Assembly (NCBI GenBank): GCA_029258885.1
Contig: JAPDJW010000001.1
Location: 1 to 64,000, forward strand
Length of the DNA stretch: 64,000 bases
Source: Thermoproteota archaeon
GTDB taxonomy: Archaea; Thermoproteota; Thermoprotei; Thermofilales; B9-G17
Reading direction: 5' to 3'
In this document: positions 59,603 through 64,000 of the stretch, piece after piece
How the letters are laid out: the number at the start of each line of letters is the position of its first letter
Numbering within the stretch: the stretch's first letter is position 1
Position numbers and translations under genes: made by a program
The notes under the pieces: generated by a model
What the model was told of the DNA's origin: nothing
The model's input: the letters and a program-made list of their open reading frames with translations, nothing else
The model's database searches: none

Positions 59603-60613
59603 GTAGTATAATTTTAGATACTTACGGAATACTTTCTCCCAATTATAATATCTAACTACTTTCTCCTTGGCTTTGTCTGCTAGCGACTGTGCAATTTTCC
59701 TATTATTTACGAGAAATATTATATCTTTAATGAGTTCTTTTTCATCGCCGGGTGATACTAGCAATCCTGTTACTCCGTCCTCTATAAGCTCAGTGTTTCC
59801 GCCTACCCTGCTGGCAATTACTGGAGTTCCACAAGCCATTGCTTCGAGCAATGCGGTACTTAGGCCTTCGTACCTTGACGGTAAAATGAATACGTCTGCT
59901 CCCTTTATAAGCCTCAGGGCTTTCTCTCTTTCCACTTTCCCTAAAAAATGTATATTTTTATAGTGGCCGAATTGTTTTCTTAAATATGGAAGTAGGGGGC
60001 CATCACCTACTATTAGCAAATCGATATCCTTTAGCTTGGTGAACGCCTTAACTAAGATATCTACGCCTTTTTCTCTGGATATTCTGCCGACGTAAATTGC
60101 CTGTTTCTCATAAATCTTATCGCCTTTTAGGGGTATTATATCTAGATTTATTGCATTTGGAATATATGTAACCTTATCCGTATATAGTCTATAGTGTTTA
60201 TATGCAGTCTTACTAACAACGGTAACATAATTCACTATCCTTACGCTAGCTTTTTCATAGATGTTTGATAGACGGCTTACGAGCGGACCATGTAATTTTT
60301 CTACACTTTTGCTATAAACTCCATGTATCGTGAGAATGCGTTTTCCTCTAAAAAATCGTGTAGAAACAGCTGTAACCGTTCCGTGCGCATGTATAATATC
60401 GTATTTTGGCTTAGTGTATATTAATCCCTTTAATGAACTGGAGATAACGAATGACACGTTTTTTAAGTTCCTAACATTTACGTATGGTGTATTTTCGCTG
60501 GAAATATAATCTACCATGAACCCCCTATTTTTCAGCCTACAATATAGTTCCTGTACGTGTTGAGCTACACCTCCTATCCCCGAAATTTTCGGAGTTATTA
60601 ATAATATTTTCAT
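59585..60613 (-). CDS. GT4 family glycosyltransferase
   Basis: GGVAQHV, IHAH, PSRYEGLSTALLEAMACG. Confidence 0.92.
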   Translation of the reverse strand: MKILLITPKISGIGGVAQHVQELYCRLKNRGFMVDYISSENTPYVNVRNLKNVSFVISSSLKGLIYTKPKYDIIHAHGTVTAVSTRFFRGKRILTIHGVYSKSVEKLHGPLVSRLSNIYEKASVRIVNYVTVVSKTAYKHYRLYTDKVTYIPNAINLDIIPLKGDKIYEKQAIYVGRISREKGVDILVKAFTKLKDIDLLIVGDGPLLPYLRKQFGHYKNIHFLGKVEREKALRLIKGADVFILPSRYEGLSTALLEAMACGTPVIASRVGGNTELIEDGVTGLLVSPGDEKELIKDIIFLVNNRKIAQSLADKAKEKVVRYYNWEKVFRKYLKLYYSLIGG

Positions 60614-60633
60614 TGGAGTCCGAAGTTATCTTA

Positions 60634-62004
60634 TTATCTAACTAATATAGGTTTTTCCTTCTCAATCTTTATTATCCTATTATGTATGGATTCAAAGAGC
60701 GCTAGCTCGGATTCCTCGTGAACCTTATGATTGATGAGTGTTATTACAAGAGTTTTTTCGGGGAGATTTTCATATATATGTTGGATAAATTTAAATACCG
60801 TTAGGACACCTGAGGCTAAAACCAATTGTGTAATGTCTTCTATAACCAGTATCTGTGGTTGTTCACGGTATCTTTTAACGTTTTCTAGAATGCTATATGA
60901 AAGAAGCGATAAGTTTGTCATGGATATTACATGTGGAATTTCCGAGGAAGGTAGTCTAGCCATCAGTATAACACTGAGATGTAAACGTCCTAGTTTATGA
61001 ATCCAGCTTCTAAGTCGGCTTGTGACTGGTAGTACCACTACACGGTTCGCGAAGATTTCTTGCTTTAAAATTGAGGAAATTAACTGTTCGTAGGGTTCTT
61101 TTGGATCGTATTCAATTAATACTTTTTCGAAGTTATTTATCTCTATTTTGCCTATGCTAATTTTTACGGTAGCTCTTGTAGCGGGGCTTATTTGTGTAGG
61201 TACTTCATAAACATAAGATAGTTTCTCGCTAATTAACGTCTTAGCATAGAGGAACGCTATGTATACAATTGTAGCGAGAAAGAACGTGTTCATGGCAGGA
61301 TATATATTGTACTCAGTTAATGATGCCATATACATGCCGACTAAGCCCACTATCGATTGAATAAGAATTGCTACTATGAGTCTCTTTACAAAAATGAAGA
61401 GTCTAGGATTTAATAAAATTGACGTGAAGTCCTTAATTTTCTTAGATAGCATAAAGAGTGGAATCAGCCCCAGCGAGACAACTATAAGGTATAGGTAGTT
61501 GTATCTGGGCTGTAGATACTCTTGCCCCACTAGAGGATCAACAACCTTTTCATACCAGCTTACTGGAAGAAGCCACGTTACCAGTATGAGGGATAACATA
61601 TAGTATAGGCACAAGGAAGGAAGGAAGTATCTCCAAGATAAAATATATTTTAGTGCCTCTGAAAGGTTCCACCTAACTTCTAAACAGACAGCTAGGATAG
61701 CTATTATGATCCATGCCGAGTAAAAGATTGTCAATGCAATCATTCCGGGAGTACTCTTACCCCCTATTGAGACAGATAATGTTGTATGATGGGGGTCGAA
61801 ATATATGATGTATATATAAATTAAGTTTAATAGTCCGAGTCCTATTGTAATGATTGAGCTTAGGGCTATGGTTAAAGTAGTTAATGCTTTAGGTTCTGCA
61901 TGTCTATACCCGTAGTATAGGTGTATTACTAGCATTAGGTAAAACATAAACACTATCTCAATGACTATCTGTATTATCTTTACGGCTATAATTTCATATT
62001 CCAC
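60634..62004 (-). CDS. 7TM membrane protein with C-terminal DUF835-like degenerate RecA/KaiC-type domain
   Basis: Seven hydrophobic segments; LVIEDITQLVLASG..FKFI..HEESELALFE. Confidence 0.7.
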   Translation of the reverse strand: MEYEIIAVKIIQIVIEIVFMFYLMLVIHLYYGYRHAEPKALTTLTIALSSIITIGLGLLNLIYIYIIYFDPHHTTLSVSIGGKSTPGMIALTIFYSAWIIIAILAVCLEVRWNLSEALKYILSWRYFLPSLCLYYMLSLILVTWLLPVSWYEKVVDPLVGQEYLQPRYNYLYLIVVSLGLIPLFMLSKKIKDFTSILLNPRLFIFVKRLIVAILIQSIVGLVGMYMASLTEYNIYPAMNTFFLATIVYIAFLYAKTLISEKLSYVYEVPTQISPATRATVKISIGKIEINNFEKVLIEYDPKEPYEQLISSILKQEIFANRVVVLPVTSRLRSWIHKLGRLHLSVILMARLPSSEIPHVISMTNLSLLSYSILENVKRYREQPQILVIEDITQLVLASGVLTVFKFIQHIYENLPEKTLVITLINHKVHEESELALFESIHNRIIKIEKEKPILVR

Positions 62005-62050
62005 GCTTGGTACACCTATATTATTAATTTTTAGATATGTTTCCTTAATA

Positions 62051-63442
62051 TTAACTTTCTCTATACGGTGTAATAACTATCTTTAATTTTCTCGGTTTTA
62101 GGAGGTAGTAATCTTTCTCTATTCTCAATACTTTGCCGAACATTTCCTCTATCAATTCGAGTTCCTCCTCTCTATGATACATATAGTTAACTAATGCTAT
62201 CATTAGTGATTCTCTAATATTTTGGCTTAAGTATAATATGAAGTCCTTTACTCTTTCATAGCCATTATATATGATCAGGTTTGTAAGATCATCTATGATG
62301 ATCACCGTGTGAAGGTTATGTAAAACTACGTACTTTACTAGCAGACTTGCCAGAAGGGATAAATCTGTTACGGAAATATCTGTACTGCTACCTTTCTTAG
62401 TTTTTACAAAGATATCTACGTAACAGTAACCCTTTTCCTTAAGCTTCTTTAATTCTCCTGCAAGGTTACTATAGTTTCTCGATACGAGAATTATTAAGGA
62501 TGTATCGATGAAGTTTTCTACGATAAGTTTTATGAAACGGAGGTAGTTTACTCTGGGGTTATACTCTATCAGTATTCTGTCGTTGGCATTTAGTTCGATA
62601 TTTCCAATTTTATACCTTGTTTTTATTGGCTCTGTGGGTAAGGGTATAGGTTCAACGCGGCTTAATACTTCGAGTCTTCTTTGTATTGATATAAGATATA
62701 TAGCAACAGTTACTGCCGATACCAGCGTGGCTAGAGTCATGTTTACGGGAATGAAGTAACATGGCGATAACAACGCTATGAGTATTGTCGTTTGAATGAA
62801 CACTATCAATATTAGCGACCTGAAGAGTTGCTGTAGGTAGTATTCGCCAATCATACGCCCGATCTTGAAAAATAGGCTTAAAATATTGAAGAGGGGCGGT
62901 ATTAACATTATAGCTGCTAAAGTAATTATGGGAGAGCGTGCCCTTACAAGCGTAATCCTTAGGCCGGCAGTATCATAAAAAAAGAAGGTATATTCATCTT
63001 TAAATAAAGCCAATAAGAAGAGCTCTATTGAGATTATTGGAAATAGCAAGTAAAGATACTTTTCTAGTTTTTTCCCTAATTTTTCAGTTCCAGAAAGCCA
63101 TGATCTTAACGACATAATATCCGTACAGAGTAAGGAGAGTATTACCTGCATAACTAGTATTGTAAGTAAAACAGTACTTCTAGAGTATATTTCTCTAATT
63201 AAAGCATCATGTATTCTTCCTAAATTTGCCGTGGCTAATATTATTGTATTGATCATTAAGTGCGTAAATCCACTCGTCAGGTTTATCGCAATAATTATCG
63301 TTATGAGATGTTCCATTGTTTTTTCCTTTATCTTATCCTTGGACATTTTTTCTATTTTAAGTAAGGTAAGTAACATAGCGGCAGAATAGAGTAGGCCTGC
63401 GATCAGGTATATCGTATGTGTATATATTATTGATAGTATCAT
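62051..63442 (-). CDS. Paralogous 7TM plus DUF835-like protein
   Basis: Same layout; IIIDDLTNLIIYNGYERVKDFI..HREEELELIE. Confidence 0.7.
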   Translation of the reverse strand: MILSIIYTHTIYLIAGLLYSAAMLLTLLKIEKMSKDKIKEKTMEHLITIIIAINLTSGFTHLMINTIILATANLGRIHDALIREIYSRSTVLLTILVMQVILSLLCTDIMSLRSWLSGTEKLGKKLEKYLYLLFPIISIELFLLALFKDEYTFFFYDTAGLRITLVRARSPIITLAAIMLIPPLFNILSLFFKIGRMIGEYYLQQLFRSLILIVFIQTTILIALLSPCYFIPVNMTLATLVSAVTVAIYLISIQRRLEVLSRVEPIPLPTEPIKTRYKIGNIELNANDRILIEYNPRVNYLRFIKLIVENFIDTSLIILVSRNYSNLAGELKKLKEKGYCYVDIFVKTKKGSSTDISVTDLSLLASLLVKYVVLHNLHTVIIIDDLTNLIIYNGYERVKDFILYLSQNIRESLMIALVNYMYHREEELELIEEMFGKVLRIEKDYYLLKPRKLKIVITPYRES

Positions 63443-63469
63443 GGTACATATGTAGTTATAGTTATTAAC

Positions 63470-64000
63470 CTATATACGTTTGCCTATGGTTTCGTGAATA
63501 TAAAGAACTTTAGCATTTTCCTCCATTATCTCGGCTTTTGCATAAGCTGAGTATATATCTTCGGCTATGCATATTACTCCATGTCTTTTAAGAATTAGTG
63601 CTCCTACCATCTTATTGCGTGCTTTTTCTTCAGCTAGGCGTGCCAGTTTTAGGCTGCCTGGAGGGGCATACTCCACTACTTCTATTTTTCCCACTATTTT
63701 CTGGAACTCTGCTACTTCCTCAAGGTATTCTATTAGCCTTTCAAAGAGAGATAATGTATATGGGCTATGTGTATGAACTATTGCATGGACATCGTTTCTT
63801 ACGCTATATATAGCTAGATGCATTCGCCGCTCGCTCGAGGGAGCATGTATTCCCCATAAAACATTTCCTGAAAAATCTATTTTCACAATGTCTGCTGGCC
63901 TTAACGACCACTTAGGTATGCCCGATGGAGTAATTAGAATTCCGTCATCCATTCTAATGCTGGCATTTCCTGTAAAACTAGAAATAAGTCCGCGAAGGTA
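63470..64000 (-). CDS. Class II aldolase/adducin family protein (FucA-like), 5' end outside window
   Basis: GNAS, ITPSG, SSE..MH, HTH; frame open to 64000. Confidence 0.9.
   Translation of the reverse strand, partial: YLRGLISSFTGNASIRMDDGILITPSGIPKWSLRPADIVKIDFSGNVLWGIHAPSSERRMHLAIYSVRNDVHAIVHTHSPYTLSLFERLIEYLEEVAEFQKIVGKIEVVEYAPPGSLKLARLAEEKARNKMVGALILKRHGVICIAEDIYSAYAKAEIMEENAKVLYIHETIGKRI

Noticed and set aside
1-64000. Remaining overlapping ORFs in the track, and searches for CRISPR, integrase, transposase, rRNA, or Sec/Pyl readthrough
   Set aside because: The ORFs lie within confidently identified genes (antisense or alternate frame); none of the other elements were seen

Overview
Gene-dense, AT-rich archaeal chromosome segment. 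It is most consistent with Thermoproteota (Thermoproteales/Thermofilales-like); this is inferred from gene content, split operons and short 37/38 tRNA introns. It is mostly housekeeping: exosome (rrp4/41/42, csl4), alaS, ABCE1, aRF1, aEF1A, aIF2-gamma, aIF5A, r-proteins eL15/uS7/eS28/uS10/eS6, Rpo4, TiaS, FBP aldolase/phosphatase and enolase. RNA genes: four tRNAs, RNase P RNA and two box C/D sRNAs. No CRISPR array, integrase or transposase was seen. Main hunt results: (1) two tRNA-Arg genes whose first 1-2 acceptor-stem bases are U opposite C, with promoters that appear to start transcription at G2/G3, a candidate archaeal 5'-end tRNA repair/editing system; (2) a tRNA-Leu-linked C/D sRNA with a compensated K-turn and guides matching 23S H69/H71; (3) a tiaS gene that seems to start at AUA; (4) a 27-aa Glu/Trp micro-ORF ahead of a truncated TFS paralogue; (5) a twin Cx6Cx18Cx6C protein; (6) tandem 7TM-DUF835-like receptors; (7) a probable rearrangement or misjoin near position 1358. 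All calls come from manual reading and motif recognition; no searches were run.
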